Below are positions 10,016-19,816 of a stretch of 64,000 bases of DNA, piece by piece. The notes below the pieces were generated by a model that searched no databases, was not told the origin of the DNA, and saw only the letters and a list, made by a program, of their open reading frames with translations. The number at the start of each line of letters is the position of its first letter. The stretch's first letter is position 1. The DNA is from Mesotaenium endlicherianum (taxonomy: Eukaryota), in the NCBI GenBank assembly GCA_009602735.1, contig WELA01003621.1, positions 1 through 64,000 on the forward strand. Reading direction: 5' to 3'. A program made the position numbers and the translations under genes.

Positions 10016-11392
10016 ATGAAAAATAATCATCAACAAATGGTATTATGTGCTTTGGCCGCATTGAGCCTGGCGGGTACCGCAACAGCACAACGGTATGACA
10101 ATGACAACAGTATAACCATCAACAGCAATCTTGACACCATCATAAAAAAACAATATGTTTCTGTAGCAGTCCGGAAATCCAAAATTCCTGTAACAGAACC
10201 GTTGTCAAAAGAGGTGAGCGCTGAAGTAGCCATGCCTAAAAACGGAGAAATTTATATTCAGAATAATTATCGTTCAGTGCAAGTGAAAACTTGGGATCAG
10301 CAGAAAGTAAAGCTCACCACCACTGCATATTATTACGATAAAGATAATACCCCTACTGATGAAGAACTGCTGGATAAGGCCAATATTTCGCTTAAAGTGA
10401 TGGGCTCATCTGTTAAGATCAAATCAGGTATCGGCAATAATTATGGTTATGGTTTCGCTTATTCCAGCTGTAACAATTGTGCCGAAACAATGACATCTGG
10501 CAGTGGATCGGCTGGCCAGATCACGTCCATAAGGCTACATTCGAACTCTACGAAAAAAAACAGCTCCAAAAGTGATCTTATTATCTATATGCCTGCAGGA
10601 ACCAAAATAGACATTGAAAACAAATATGGCAATGTGATGCTTTTTAATGGTATTACGGAGGCGAGCATTGATATCAGCAATGGCAACCTGGAAGTTGGAG
10701 ACATTAACAAATTGATCCTCCGCTCCAAATATGCCAATGCCAATTTGGGTAATTTGAAAAACGCAGAAGTAGAGTTGATGAATGGGCGCTTCAGCGCCCA
10801 AAATATCGATCAGCTCGATATAGATTCCAAATATTCGAATATTGAATTGGCTGCTGTTAAAAACCTTTCCATACGAAGTAATGTTGACGAGTACGATGTG
10901 GAAGAAGTGGGTGAATTGCGCGGCAGGAAGAATTACGGTAACCTAAGGATCACACACCTCAAAGAATCACTGGAACTGGAAGGACAGAATGCCGATCTTA
11001 AGATCAAAGATGTAGCGGCCAGTGTGAATCGTGTCAAAATAGATGATAAATATGCCGATATCAGGATACCACTTCGTAACATAAAAGCTTTTTCCATAGA
11101 CTTTAGTGGTGCATATAGCACTGTCTATGGCGATTTTGAAAAGAAACCTGTCGTTGAAGAGAAAGCTGCCAAAGAGCCAAAGGAAAACACAACAACTGGA
11201 ACTGAAAAACCAGTAACAGGATATGCTGCAAGCAGTGATACTAAAAATCAGCAGTTCAGGATCAATTTAGTCCAGGTTGGCGCCTGGGGAGGAGGCAATG
11301 ACACACCTTCTAAATTCACAGCTGCTGTAGGTGATGGCAAAGGAATGAAAGTTGATATGAAATGCCAGAACTGTACGGTAGACTTCAAATAG
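10016..11392 (+). CDS. Secreted DUF4097/adhesin-like beta-repeat protein
   Basis: Signal peptide; IQNNYRSVQVKTWD, IYMPAGTKIDIENKYGNV and repeated SKY/NYG beta units; usual third gene of this ECF module. Confidence 0.7.
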   Translation: MKNNHQQMVLCALAALSLAGTATAQRYDNDNSITINSNLDTIIKKQYVSVAVRKSKIPVTEPLSKEVSAEVAMPKNGEIYIQNNYRSVQVKTWDQQKVKLTTTAYYYDKDNTPTDEELLDKANISLKVMGSSVKIKSGIGNNYGYGFAYSSCNNCAETMTSGSGSAGQITSIRLHSNSTKKNSSKSDLIIYMPAGTKIDIENKYGNVMLFNGITEASIDISNGNLEVGDINKLILRSKYANANLGNLKNAEVELMNGRFSAQNIDQLDIDSKYSNIELAAVKNLSIRSNVDEYDVEEVGELRGRKNYGNLRITHLKESLELEGQNADLKIKDVAASVNRVKIDDKYADIRIPLRNIKAFSIDFSGAYSTVYGDFEKKPVVEEKAAKEPKENTTTGTEKPVTGYAASSDTKNQQFRINLVQVGAWGGGNDTPSKFTAAVGDGKGMKVDMKCQNCTVDFK

Positions 11393-11452
11393 CTTTTTTC
11401 TCATGTGCATCTATCTCACAAGCCGGTTATGTAAACTATAGACAATCGGTAC

Positions 11453-11478
11453 GTGCTCCGTTTCAACGGGGCACTTTT
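11453..11478 (+). terminator. Rho-independent terminator
   Basis: GTGCTCCGTT-TC-AACGGGGCAC stem followed by TTTT. Confidence 0.6.
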
Positions 11479-11510
11479 GCAATCCCGAATATTTGTTCTA
11501 TTTTTCCTGC

Positions 11511-12770
11511 ATGTCTGAACTCTATACCCTGATATGGATAGGAGTGACCCTCATACTGATCGGTTTTTTTGCCGGCTACGAGATCGCCTTTGTTACGGCC
11601 AACCGCCTGAGCATTGAACTGAAAAAGAAGCAAGGAAAAAAAAGCGGGCTTATCCTTTCCAGCTTCATTGAGCAGCCTGCCAAATTCATTGGAAGCTGCC
11701 TGATAGGACTCAATGTATTCCTGGTGATATACGGGTTACTGTTCGATGGTTTCCTGAAAAGTATCGCCTGGAATCCCCTGCACGTAAAAAACGAATTCCT
11801 CAAACTCTTCATCGATACACTGGTTTCCTCCCTGGTAGTGCTGGTGTTCGGTGAATTTATTCCCAAAGCCATCTTCCGGGCACGTAATGATGCCTTGCTG
11901 AGTTTTTTCGCTCCCGTTGCCCAGTTCTTTCATTCGGTATTTCAGCCGTTGACCAACACATTTGTAGAGATTTCGCAATGGATACTGAAGTATATTTTCA
12001 ATGTAAGGGTCAACGAAAAAACAGATGCTTTTACCAAAGTAGACCTGGAACATTTCTTCCAGCAAACCAAAGAACAGGATGAAGACAACCAGGAGCTCAA
12101 TACCGAGCTTTTTGAGAATGCCCTCAGTCTGCCCACCGTAAAAATCAGGCAATGCCTGGTTCCCAGAACCGAGATCGAAGGCATTGAAGTTAACATACCA
12201 CTGGAAAAACTGCGGCAACGGTTCATAGAAACCCGGCTGAGCAAACTCGTGGTGTACGACGACACCGTAGATAATATCCTGGGCTATGTGCACCAGATAG
12301 ACCTCTTCAAGAAGCCCGATTCCATTCAAAGCGTGTTGCATCCCATCATGGCCGTTCCCGAAAGCATGAGCGCCGCAGACCTCATCAATAAATTCACCAA
12401 AGAAAGAAAAAGCATTGCCTGGGTGGTAGATGAATTCGGCGGCACGGCCGGGATCGTTACCATGGAAGATGTGCTGGAAGAGATCTTTGGCGAGATCAAG
12501 GATGAATACGATGTGGAGGAATTCGTGGAAAATAAGCTGGCCGATGACGAATTCATTTTCAGTGGCCGCCTCGAACTCGATTACCTGAATGAAAAATATG
12601 ATATGGAGTTCCCCGTCTCCGAGTCCGAGACCCTGAGCGGATACATCATCAATGCCCATGAAACCATTCCCAAGCAGAAAGAGACCATTATCATAGGTGA
12701 TTACCGTTTCGATATCCTCAATGTAAGCGATACCCGCATCGAAATGGTTAAAATGAAAATACTCCGGTAA
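11511..12770 (+). CDS. HlyC/CorC family (CNNM-CBS-CorC) protein
   Basis: GFFAGYEIAF, FGEFIPKA, PRTEI, VVDEFGGTAGIVTMEDVLEEIFGEI; ATG at 11511. Confidence 0.92.
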   Translation: MSELYTLIWIGVTLILIGFFAGYEIAFVTANRLSIELKKKQGKKSGLILSSFIEQPAKFIGSCLIGLNVFLVIYGLLFDGFLKSIAWNPLHVKNEFLKLFIDTLVSSLVVLVFGEFIPKAIFRARNDALLSFFAPVAQFFHSVFQPLTNTFVEISQWILKYIFNVRVNEKTDAFTKVDLEHFFQQTKEQDEDNQELNTELFENALSLPTVKIRQCLVPRTEIEGIEVNIPLEKLRQRFIETRLSKLVVYDDTVDNILGYVHQIDLFKKPDSIQSVLHPIMAVPESMSAADLINKFTKERKSIAWVVDEFGGTAGIVTMEDVLEEIFGEIKDEYDVEEFVENKLADDEFIFSGRLELDYLNEKYDMEFPVSESETLSGYIINAHETIPKQKETIIIGDYRFDILNVSDTRIEMVKMKILR

Positions 12771-12787
12771 TATATCCTGCTTCCCTT

Positions 12788-12795
12788 TAACTTTG
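12788..12795 (+). promoter_or_regulatory. Bacteroidota sigma-A -7 element for tatC
   Basis: TAACTTTG matches TAnnTTTG, 27 bp before the ATG. Confidence 0.6.
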
Positions 12796-12822
12796 CCCAC
12801 TCTTAACAGTCAAAGCAAAGCA

Positions 12823-13680
12823 ATGGCATTATTGGATAGAAACAGGGGTGGCGGATTGGCCGATATGACCTTTATCGATCACCTCGAGGAATTACGGATG
12901 CATATCATCCGTTCGGTGATTGCCATCCTCATCATGGCAATAATAATATTCGTTTACCGTAACTGGATATTCGATTATATCATCACTGGCCCCATCAACC
13001 CTAATTTCATCAGCTACCGGGTACTTTGCCAGTTCAGCCATTGGGCCCACATGGGCGATGCGCTCTGCATGCCCCCGGTAAAAGTGAACATGCAAAGCAA
13101 CTCCTTTGGAGGCCAGTTCATTGGCAGCATCAGCATGTCGTTCATCCTGGGATTTATTATGGCCTTCCCTTATATATTCTGGGAGTTCTGGCGTTTTGTG
13201 AAACCGGCCCTTAAAGAAAATGAACTGCGCACCACCCGCTTTGTGATCTTTTGGGTATCCTTTTTCTTTTTCCTGGGTGCTGCTTTCGGGTTCTTCCTGT
13301 TAGGCCCCTTTACCTTTAACTTCCTGGCCGGCTTCCAATTGGGTACACAGGGCACTTTGGTTACTTTCCCTACCCTCTCCGATTATCTCGATAACCTTAC
13401 CAATATCATCCTCGGCTGCGGACTGGCTTTCGAGCTGCCGGTACTGGCTTATGCACTTACCCGTATTGGACTGATCACGCCTTTTTTCCTGAAGAAAACC
13501 CGGAAATACGCTATTGTGGTCATCCTCATCATTGCAGCTTTTATTACACCCAGTCCCGACTGGATGAGTCAAACCATTGTATTCCTGCCGCTTTATCTCC
13601 TGTATGAGCTGAGCATCGTTCTTTCTGTAAGGGTTTACAAGGAAGAGCAGAAGCGCGAGCAGGAGGACGAATGGAGTTAA
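12823..13680 (+). CDS. tatC: Twin-arginine translocase subunit TatC
   Basis: MTFIDHLEELR, WRFVKPAL..E, FELP, AAFITPSPD, LYELSI. Confidence 0.95.
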   Translation: MALLDRNRGGGLADMTFIDHLEELRMHIIRSVIAILIMAIIIFVYRNWIFDYIITGPINPNFISYRVLCQFSHWAHMGDALCMPPVKVNMQSNSFGGQFIGSISMSFILGFIMAFPYIFWEFWRFVKPALKENELRTTRFVIFWVSFFFFLGAAFGFFLLGPFTFNFLAGFQLGTQGTLVTFPTLSDYLDNLTNIILGCGLAFELPVLAYALTRIGLITPFFLKKTRKYAIVVILIIAAFITPSPDWMSQTIVFLPLYLLYELSIVLSVRVYKEEQKREQEDEWS

Positions 13681-13688
13681 TAATTGAG

Positions 13689-13696
13689 TAACTTTG
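13689..13696 (+). promoter_or_regulatory. Bacteroidota sigma-A -7 element for rpiB
   Basis: TAACTTTG upstream of the rpiB ATG. Confidence 0.6.
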
Positions 13697-13717
13697 CTTT
13701 AGAAAAGATAAGAGATC

Positions 13718-14173
13718 ATGAGCTTTGTTTTTGACCCCTCGAAACCGATTGCGATCGGTAGCGACCATGCCGGCGTTGAATATAAGACCGTATTGGTTAA
13801 ATGGCTGGCCGATAAAGGCTTTGAAGTGAAGGATTTCGGCACTTATACAACTGATTCAGTAGACTATCCCGATTTTGCCCATCCAACAGCCGCCAGCGTT
13901 GAGAGCGGCGAATCTTCATTTGGCATTTTATTGTGCGGCAGCGCCAATGGCGTGGCCATCACAGCCAACAAACACCAGCACATCCGTGCCGGCCTCTGTT
14001 GGGAGAACGATGTAGCCCGGCTTGTCCGCATGCACAACAATGCCAACATCATCTGTATCCCTGCCCGTTTTGTGGCCCTGCCCCTTGCCCAGCAGATGAT
14101 CGAGAACTTTATGTCTACCCCTTTTGAGGGCGGACGGCACGCTACCCGCGTGAACAAGATTGCTTGTGCCTAA
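13718..14173 (+). CDS. rpiB: Ribose-5-phosphate isomerase B
   Basis: IGSDHAG, VDYPDFA, CGSANG, HNNAN, FEGGRH. Confidence 0.96.
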   Translation: MSFVFDPSKPIAIGSDHAGVEYKTVLVKWLADKGFEVKDFGTYTTDSVDYPDFAHPTAASVESGESSFGILLCGSANGVAITANKHQHIRAGLCWENDVARLVRMHNNANIICIPARFVALPLAQQMIENFMSTPFEGGRHATRVNKIACA

Positions 14174-14187
14174 CAATAAACTACCAT

Positions 14188-15735
14188 ATGCGAAAACACT
14201 TACTCGTACCTGGGTTGCTGGTCCTTGTCTTGACCGGCCACGCCCAAAACAATGCCGATCCTGAAAAATATGCTGAAAAGATTACCGCATCAGGTCTGAA
14301 AGAAAAACTGACCGTGATCGCCAGCGCTGAAATGGAAGGACGCGAGACCGCTTCTCCCGGACAAAAAAAAGCCGCTGCTTATATCGAAGCCCGTTTTAAA
14401 AAAATGGGACTGAAGCCTGGTAACGGCAACGCTTACCAGATGCCCTACCCGGTTTATAAAGATGAAATCACTGCCCAAACTTTTTCTGTGAATGGCAGAC
14501 AATTCAACTGGGATAAAGATTATACACTGAATATCGGCACCATCGCTTCTGGCGAATGGACACAACATAATACTGTTTTTGCAGGATATGGTATTGTAGA
14601 CGATGCCAAAAGCAGGAACGATTTTGCCAACCTCGACGTAACCGGCAAAATAGTGATGGTGCTCGATGGCACCGATGACCCCAACCCTGCTCCGGTTGGC
14701 AATAGTACACGCGCCCGCAACGCAAACCCCGCTTCTGTTTTTGCGAAAACCAATGCAGCAAAGAAAAACGGAGCCATAGGCCTGTTCGTTGTTACAAAGA
14801 ATTTTCCGCTTACAACTGCTACACCTACCCAGGGTAATATGTACCTGAAGCCCAATACTGCCAGCTTCATCAGCGCTTCTATTTCGGAAGAAATGGCATC
14901 TGCCCTGCTGGGAAGGACTTCCCAACTTTCCTCAGATCAATTGAAGCAGGTGAATAAAGGAAATTATGTAGCAGAAGTAGCCATCGCCGTTACCAAACAC
15001 ACCGAAACACTCGAAAGCAGTAATGTGGTAGGTATCATTCCCGGTACAGATAAAAAAGATGAATACCTCTTCATCACTGGCCACTACGACCATTTGGGTA
15101 AAAAAGGCAATGTGATCTGGTACGGCGCAGATGACGATGGATCTGGTACTGTAAGCGTTATGCAGATGGCGGAAGCTTTTTCTGCTGCTGCTAAAAAAGG
15201 CGATGGCCCGCGTCGTACTGTTGTGTTCATGACAGTAAGCGGTGAAGAAAAAGGATTATGGGGTTCTGATTATTACTCCGAGCATCCCATCTTCCCCCTT
15301 GATAAAACTACTGCCGACCTCAATATTGACATGGTGGGCAGGATAGACACCGAGCGCAAAACAGCCGATACACTGAACTATGTATATGTGATTGGTCACG
15401 ATAAACTGAGCAGCGACCTGCCCGTGATCAATGAAGGGGTGAACAACAAATACACCAAGCTGACGCTCGACTATAAATACGACGATCCGAACGACAGGAA
15501 CTTCATCTATTACCGCAGCGACCATTTCAATTTTGCCAAGAAAGGAGTGCCGGTATTGTTCTTCTATGATGGCATGCTGCTGGCCGATTACCACCAGCCT
15601 ACCGATACCATTGAGAAAATCAATTTTGATCTGATGGAAAAACGTGTGAAGATGATCTTCCACACTGCGTGGGTCATTGCCAATAAAGATGAAATGCTGA
15701 AACGCGATACGCCTTTGAATATGCCGAGCAGATAA
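14188..15735 (+). CDS. M28 family aminopeptidase with PA domain
   Basis: Signal peptide; GHYDHLG, GADDDGSG, GEEKGL, NIDMVGR, RSDH, DYH zinc-ligand motifs. Confidence 0.93.
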   Translation: MRKHLLVPGLLVLVLTGHAQNNADPEKYAEKITASGLKEKLTVIASAEMEGRETASPGQKKAAAYIEARFKKMGLKPGNGNAYQMPYPVYKDEITAQTFSVNGRQFNWDKDYTLNIGTIASGEWTQHNTVFAGYGIVDDAKSRNDFANLDVTGKIVMVLDGTDDPNPAPVGNSTRARNANPASVFAKTNAAKKNGAIGLFVVTKNFPLTTATPTQGNMYLKPNTASFISASISEEMASALLGRTSQLSSDQLKQVNKGNYVAEVAIAVTKHTETLESSNVVGIIPGTDKKDEYLFITGHYDHLGKKGNVIWYGADDDGSGTVSVMQMAEAFSAAAKKGDGPRRTVVFMTVSGEEKGLWGSDYYSEHPIFPLDKTTADLNIDMVGRIDTERKTADTLNYVYVIGHDKLSSDLPVINEGVNNKYTKLTLDYKYDDPNDRNFIYYRSDHFNFAKKGVPVLFFYDGMLLADYHQPTDTIEKINFDLMEKRVKMIFHTAWVIANKDEMLKRDTPLNMPSR

Positions 15736-15744
15736 TATCCGCTC

Positions 15745-15787
15745 TCAATAAAAAAGCCCGTTCGTAATGAATGGGCTTTTTTATTGA
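15745..15787. terminator. Bidirectional Rho-independent terminator
   Basis: TCAATAAAAAAGCCCGTTC-GTAAT-GAATGGGCTTTTTTATTGA between convergent genes. Confidence 0.88.
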
Positions 15788-15800
15788 ATAGGGTTTGCTG

Positions 15801-16775
15801 TTACCAGCCCAGCAAATAAGCAAAGATCAACGGCGCTACGATGGTAGCATCGCTCTCTACAATGTATTTGGGTGTATGTATATCTAATTTGCCCCAGGTG
15901 ATCTTTTCATTGGGAACGGCGCCTGAATACGATCCATAAGAAGTGGTGGAATCGCTGATCTGGCAGAAATAACTCCAGAAAGGAACATCATGCCATTCCA
16001 GGTCCTGGTACATCATGGGCACTACGCAGATAGGAAAATCGCCTGCAATACCTCCGCCGATCTGGAAGAAACCAACGCCTTTGCCGCCGCTGTTGGCGCG
16101 ATACCATTCTGTAAGCATCACCATGTATTCAATACCACTTTTAACGGTACTGGCTTTCAGTTCGTTCTTGATCACATAACTGGCAAAAATGTTACCGGTG
16201 GTACTGTCTTCCCATCCCGGAACCACAATCGGCAGGTTTTTTTCTGCGGCCGCTACAATCCAGCTGTTTTTGGGATCGATCTCGTAATACTGTTTCAGCT
16301 CTCCGCTCAATACTGCTTTATACAGGAATTCATGTGGGAAATAACGCTCACCTTTCGCTTCTGCATCTTTCCATTGTTTTACCAGGTGTTTCTGCAATCT
16401 GCGGAAAGCCTCTTCTTCCGGGATACAGGTATCGGTAACGCGGTTGTAATGATTCTCCAGCAGATCCCACTCATCCTGCGGCGTTAGGTCGCGGTAATTG
16501 GGAACGCGCTTGTAATGGCTATGCGCTACCAGGTTCATCACGTCTTCTTCCAGGTTGGCGCCGGTACAACTGATGATGGCAATTTTATCCTGCCTGATCA
16601 TTTCAGCCAGGCTGATGCCCAGTTCAGCGGTACTCATGGCACCGGCCAGGCTCACGAGCATCTTCCCTCCTTCCAATAAATGGGCTTCATATCCCTTTGC
16701 AGCATCTACCAGGGCCGCCGCATTGAAATGGCGGTAATGGTGTTGAATAAACTGCGAAACAGGTCCTTTACTCAT
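15801..16775 (-). CDS. Deoxyhypusine synthase-like protein (probable homospermidine synthesis)
   Basis: AGAMSTAELG, TGANLEED, IGGGIAGD, GSYSGAVPNEKITWGK, ESDATIVAPL. Confidence 0.92.
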   Translation of the reverse strand: MSKGPVSQFIQHHYRHFNAAALVDAAKGYEAHLLEGGKMLVSLAGAMSTAELGISLAEMIRQDKIAIISCTGANLEEDVMNLVAHSHYKRVPNYRDLTPQDEWDLLENHYNRVTDTCIPEEEAFRRLQKHLVKQWKDAEAKGERYFPHEFLYKAVLSGELKQYYEIDPKNSWIVAAAEKNLPIVVPGWEDSTTGNIFASYVIKNELKASTVKSGIEYMVMLTEWYRANSGGKGVGFFQIGGGIAGDFPICVVPMMYQDLEWHDVPFWSYFCQISDSTTSYGSYSGAVPNEKITWGKLDIHTPKYIVESDATIVAPLIFAYLLGW

Positions 16776-16843
16776 TATTTCCGATTTTAGGGGGCAAAAG
16801 TAATTTTTTTGAAACTATTTTTGTTACCTGCCATCCTCTGCTC

Positions 16844-17773
16844 ATGAAAAAAAAGGTCTCGATAGTCATACCAGCGTTCAACGAAGCAACCAATATTCCA
16901 AAAGTTACGGAAGCGGTTGCACATGTCTTCTCTGCACTGGATTATGATTTTGAGATCATTTTCATCGACGATGGCAGTACCGATGCATCGGCCAATGTGC
17001 TCAGGCAGCTTGCTGCAGCTAACCGGCAAGTATCTTATATCCTGCTGTCGCGCAATTTCGGTAAAGACAGCGCCCTCAGCGCCGGGTTGTCAAAAGCCCA
17101 TGGAGATGCGGTGATTACCATGGATGCCGACCTGCAGCACCCGCCAACACTCATCCCTGCTTTTTTGGAACATTGGGAAAACGGCAATGAAGTGGTATAT
17201 GCTTACCGTGAAAGCAAAAATGAGCACGCCAGCAGAATGAATAAAGTTAGTTCGGGACTGTTCTATAGTATTATTAACAACCTATCCGACCTGGAACTGG
17301 AAGATGGTATTTCCGATTTCAGGCTGCTCGACAAAAAAGTGGTAGACATTTTAAATACCATGTCTGAAGACGAGCCCTTTTTCAGGGGGCTGATCAAATG
17401 GATCGGTTTTGCCCAGAAGGGACTGCCTTATGTACCTGAAGAACGTCACAGCGGCCGTTCCAAATACAATACCCGGCAACTGACCAAACTGGCCATCAGG
17501 GGCATCACTTCTTTCAGCACAAAACCCCTGTACATTGCTACTTACCTGGGTCTCAGCTTTTCATTGCTGTCGCTCTTATACATTCCCTATATCGGTTATA
17601 GTTATTATTTTGGCCATACGATCTCAGGATGGAGTTCCATCATCGCCACCATTGCATTCTTTGGGGGACTGCAACTGATGATCCTGGGTATTATAGGTCT
17701 CTATCTTGGCAAGCTGTTCATGCAAAGCAAACAACGCCCCCATTATATTGTTAAAGAATCCAATCTTTCCTGA
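16844..17773 (+). CDS. Polyprenyl-phosphate glycosyltransferase, GT2 (GtrB/ArnC-like)
   Basis: IPAFNE, DDGSTD, LSRNFGK, DADLQHPP, DFRLLD and two C-terminal TM helices. Confidence 0.92.
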   Translation: MKKKVSIVIPAFNEATNIPKVTEAVAHVFSALDYDFEIIFIDDGSTDASANVLRQLAAANRQVSYILLSRNFGKDSALSAGLSKAHGDAVITMDADLQHPPTLIPAFLEHWENGNEVVYAYRESKNEHASRMNKVSSGLFYSIINNLSDLELEDGISDFRLLDKKVVDILNTMSEDEPFFRGLIKWIGFAQKGLPYVPEERHSGRSKYNTRQLTKLAIRGITSFSTKPLYIATYLGLSFSLLSLLYIPYIGYSYYFGHTISGWSSIIATIAFFGGLQLMILGIIGLYLGKLFMQSKQRPHYIVKESNLS

Positions 17774-17777
17774 TACT

Positions 17778-18998
17778 ATGTCCCCTACTGATACCAATCG
17801 TTCCTTCAAATCATTTTTCGCCAATATTCTTTACAACAGAAATTTTGCAACCGTACTCTGGTTCGGACTGGCCTTCATAGGCGTGGTGCTGGAATATGCC
17901 AAGAGTACGGGTAACAATTATCTGATTTTTAAAGGAGTCTTCGAACATACCATTCATCAGCAGAACCTCTACCTGGCCTATCCCGCCGAATACCAGGATT
18001 ACAATCATTATGGCCCGGTTTTCAGCCTGGTCATTGCTCCTTTTGCTTTGCTGCCGAATTGGCTGGGCGTGATATTATGGGTGATGTTGAACACAGCCAT
18101 CCTGTATGCAGCTATCCGTATGTTGCCCATTGCCGAAAAATGGAAAAATGCCATCCTCATTTTCTCTGCCCATGAAATGATGATCGCGGCAGAATGGATG
18201 CAGAGCAATGCCATGATCGGCGCTTTCATCATACTGGGATTCGTATTCATCACCCGCGGGAAAGAAGCCTGGGCGTTGTTTTTCATCATGCTGGCCACTT
18301 TTATCAAATTGTATGGGGTCGTGGGATTTGCGTTTTTCTTTTTCAGCAAGAACAAGATCAAATTCATCGGATGGGCCATTGTATGGTCGGTGGTATTCTT
18401 CCTCGCTCCTATGCTGATATCTACCCGTGCATTCATTACACAATCTTATGTGGATTGGTTTACCGAACTGCGTTTCAAAGACCTCAGGAATGCGCGTATG
18501 GACATTCGCAATGATTTCCAGGACATTTCGGTGATGGGTATGATCAGGCGTATCTTTCATTACCAGGCGCTCAGGAATTATTTCGTTACGGTTCCTGCTG
18601 TATTGTTGTTTGCATCCCAATACCTGCAGTTCAAATATTTCAACGATGTTCGTTATCGCTTATACCTGCTCTGCTCGGTGCTGATCACTACCGTAATATT
18701 TACCACCAGCGCAGAATCGCCCACTTATATCATTGCATTTCCTGCTGTCTGCATCTGGTTCGTTCTGCAATCTGCATCCAGGTGGGCCACTGCTTTTTTT
18801 ATTTTCGCTCTGCTGCTCACCAGTTTCTCTTATTCCGATATTTTCACTCCTTATGTACGGGAACATTTTGTAAGGCCATATTCGCTTAAGGCATTGCCCT
18901 GTTTCCTGCTATGGTTGGTCTTATTGATACAGATCTGGCGGAAACAATTCCTGCATATCAGCATGGACAAATTGAATTCACAGCCCGCTCATACATGA
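17778..18998 (+). CDS. GT87/DUF2029 polytopic GT-C glycosyltransferase
   Basis: NNYLIFK, NLYLAYP..Y.D.NHYGPVFS, QSN, IKLYG, ESPTYII; many TM helices; ATG at 17778. Confidence 0.85.
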   Translation: MSPTDTNRSFKSFFANILYNRNFATVLWFGLAFIGVVLEYAKSTGNNYLIFKGVFEHTIHQQNLYLAYPAEYQDYNHYGPVFSLVIAPFALLPNWLGVILWVMLNTAILYAAIRMLPIAEKWKNAILIFSAHEMMIAAEWMQSNAMIGAFIILGFVFITRGKEAWALFFIMLATFIKLYGVVGFAFFFFSKNKIKFIGWAIVWSVVFFLAPMLISTRAFITQSYVDWFTELRFKDLRNARMDIRNDFQDISVMGMIRRIFHYQALRNYFVTVPAVLLFASQYLQFKYFNDVRYRLYLLCSVLITTVIFTTSAESPTYIIAFPAVCIWFVLQSASRWATAFFIFALLLTSFSYSDIFTPYVREHFVRPYSLKALPCFLLWLVLLIQIWRKQFLHISMDKLNSQPAHT

Positions 18999-19768
18999 TG
19001 CAACACCCTTCCCGATACATATTATTGAGCTTCGATGTAGAAGAATTTGATATGCCGCTGGAATACGGAATTCCCATCGACCCGGCCACGCAAATGGAAA
19101 TGGGTAAAGCCGGTTTGGATGCCATCCTGCCAGTTTTGAATGAGGAAGAGATCACCGCCACGCTATTCACCACTGCAAATTTCGCCATGCATTATCCCGA
19201 TGCCATCCGTGCATTGGCCGCAAAGCATGAAATAGCTTCCCACAGTTTTTATCATTCCAATTTTTCCAATGAGCACCTGCTTGAATCAAAACAGCAACTG
19301 GAGCAGATCAGCGGCCAATCAGTAGTTGGTTTTCGCATGCCCAGAATGCGCGCAGTGGATATAGAGGAAGTAAAAAAAGCAGGTTATCGCTACGATTCTT
19401 CGATCAACCCAACCTGGATTCCTGGTCGATACAACCACCTCAACCTGCCACGTACCATTTATACAGACCAAGAGCTCACCCGCCTGCCAACATCGGTCTC
19501 ACCGCATTTGCGCATCCCGTTGTTCTGGCTGAGCTTTAAAAACTTCCCCTATCCTTTTTTCAAAACACTGGTAAAACAAACCCTCCGGAAAGATGGCTAT
19601 GTGTGCCTGTATTTTCATCCCTGGGAATTTGTCGATATCAGTCATTATGGACTGCCTGCTTATACCCGGAAACCTTGTGGTGCGCCCTTGCTCGAACGTT
19701 TATGGCAATTGATAAAAGATTTTCGTGAAGAAGGGGAATTCATTGCCATCAGGGATTACCTGCAATAA
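18995..19768 (+). CDS. Polysaccharide deacetylase family (DUF3473-type)
   Basis: LSFDVEEFD, ATLFTT, HEIASHSFYH, GFRMPR, YDSS, YFHPWEF; ATGA coupling to upstream stop. Confidence 0.9.
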   Translation: MMQHPSRYILLSFDVEEFDMPLEYGIPIDPATQMEMGKAGLDAILPVLNEEEITATLFTTANFAMHYPDAIRALAAKHEIASHSFYHSNFSNEHLLESKQQLEQISGQSVVGFRMPRMRAVDIEEVKKAGYRYDSSINPTWIPGRYNHLNLPRTIYTDQELTRLPTSVSPHLRIPLFWLSFKNFPYPFFKTLVKQTLRKDGYVCLYFHPWEFVDISHYGLPAYTRKPCGAPLLERLWQLIKDFREEGEFIAIRDYLQ

Positions 19769-19792
19769 AAAAGCCCGGCGCATGGCCAGGCT
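19766..19792 (-). terminator. Rho-independent terminator
   Basis: Minus strand AGCCTGGC-CATGC-GCCGGGCT followed by a T run. Confidence 0.6.
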
Positions 19793-19816
19793 GTAAACCA
19801 ACTAATCGAACCTCGT

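Noticed and set aside
11736..12800. 354-aa antisense ORF
   Set aside because: Shadow of the HlyC/CorC gene; no recognisable motifs
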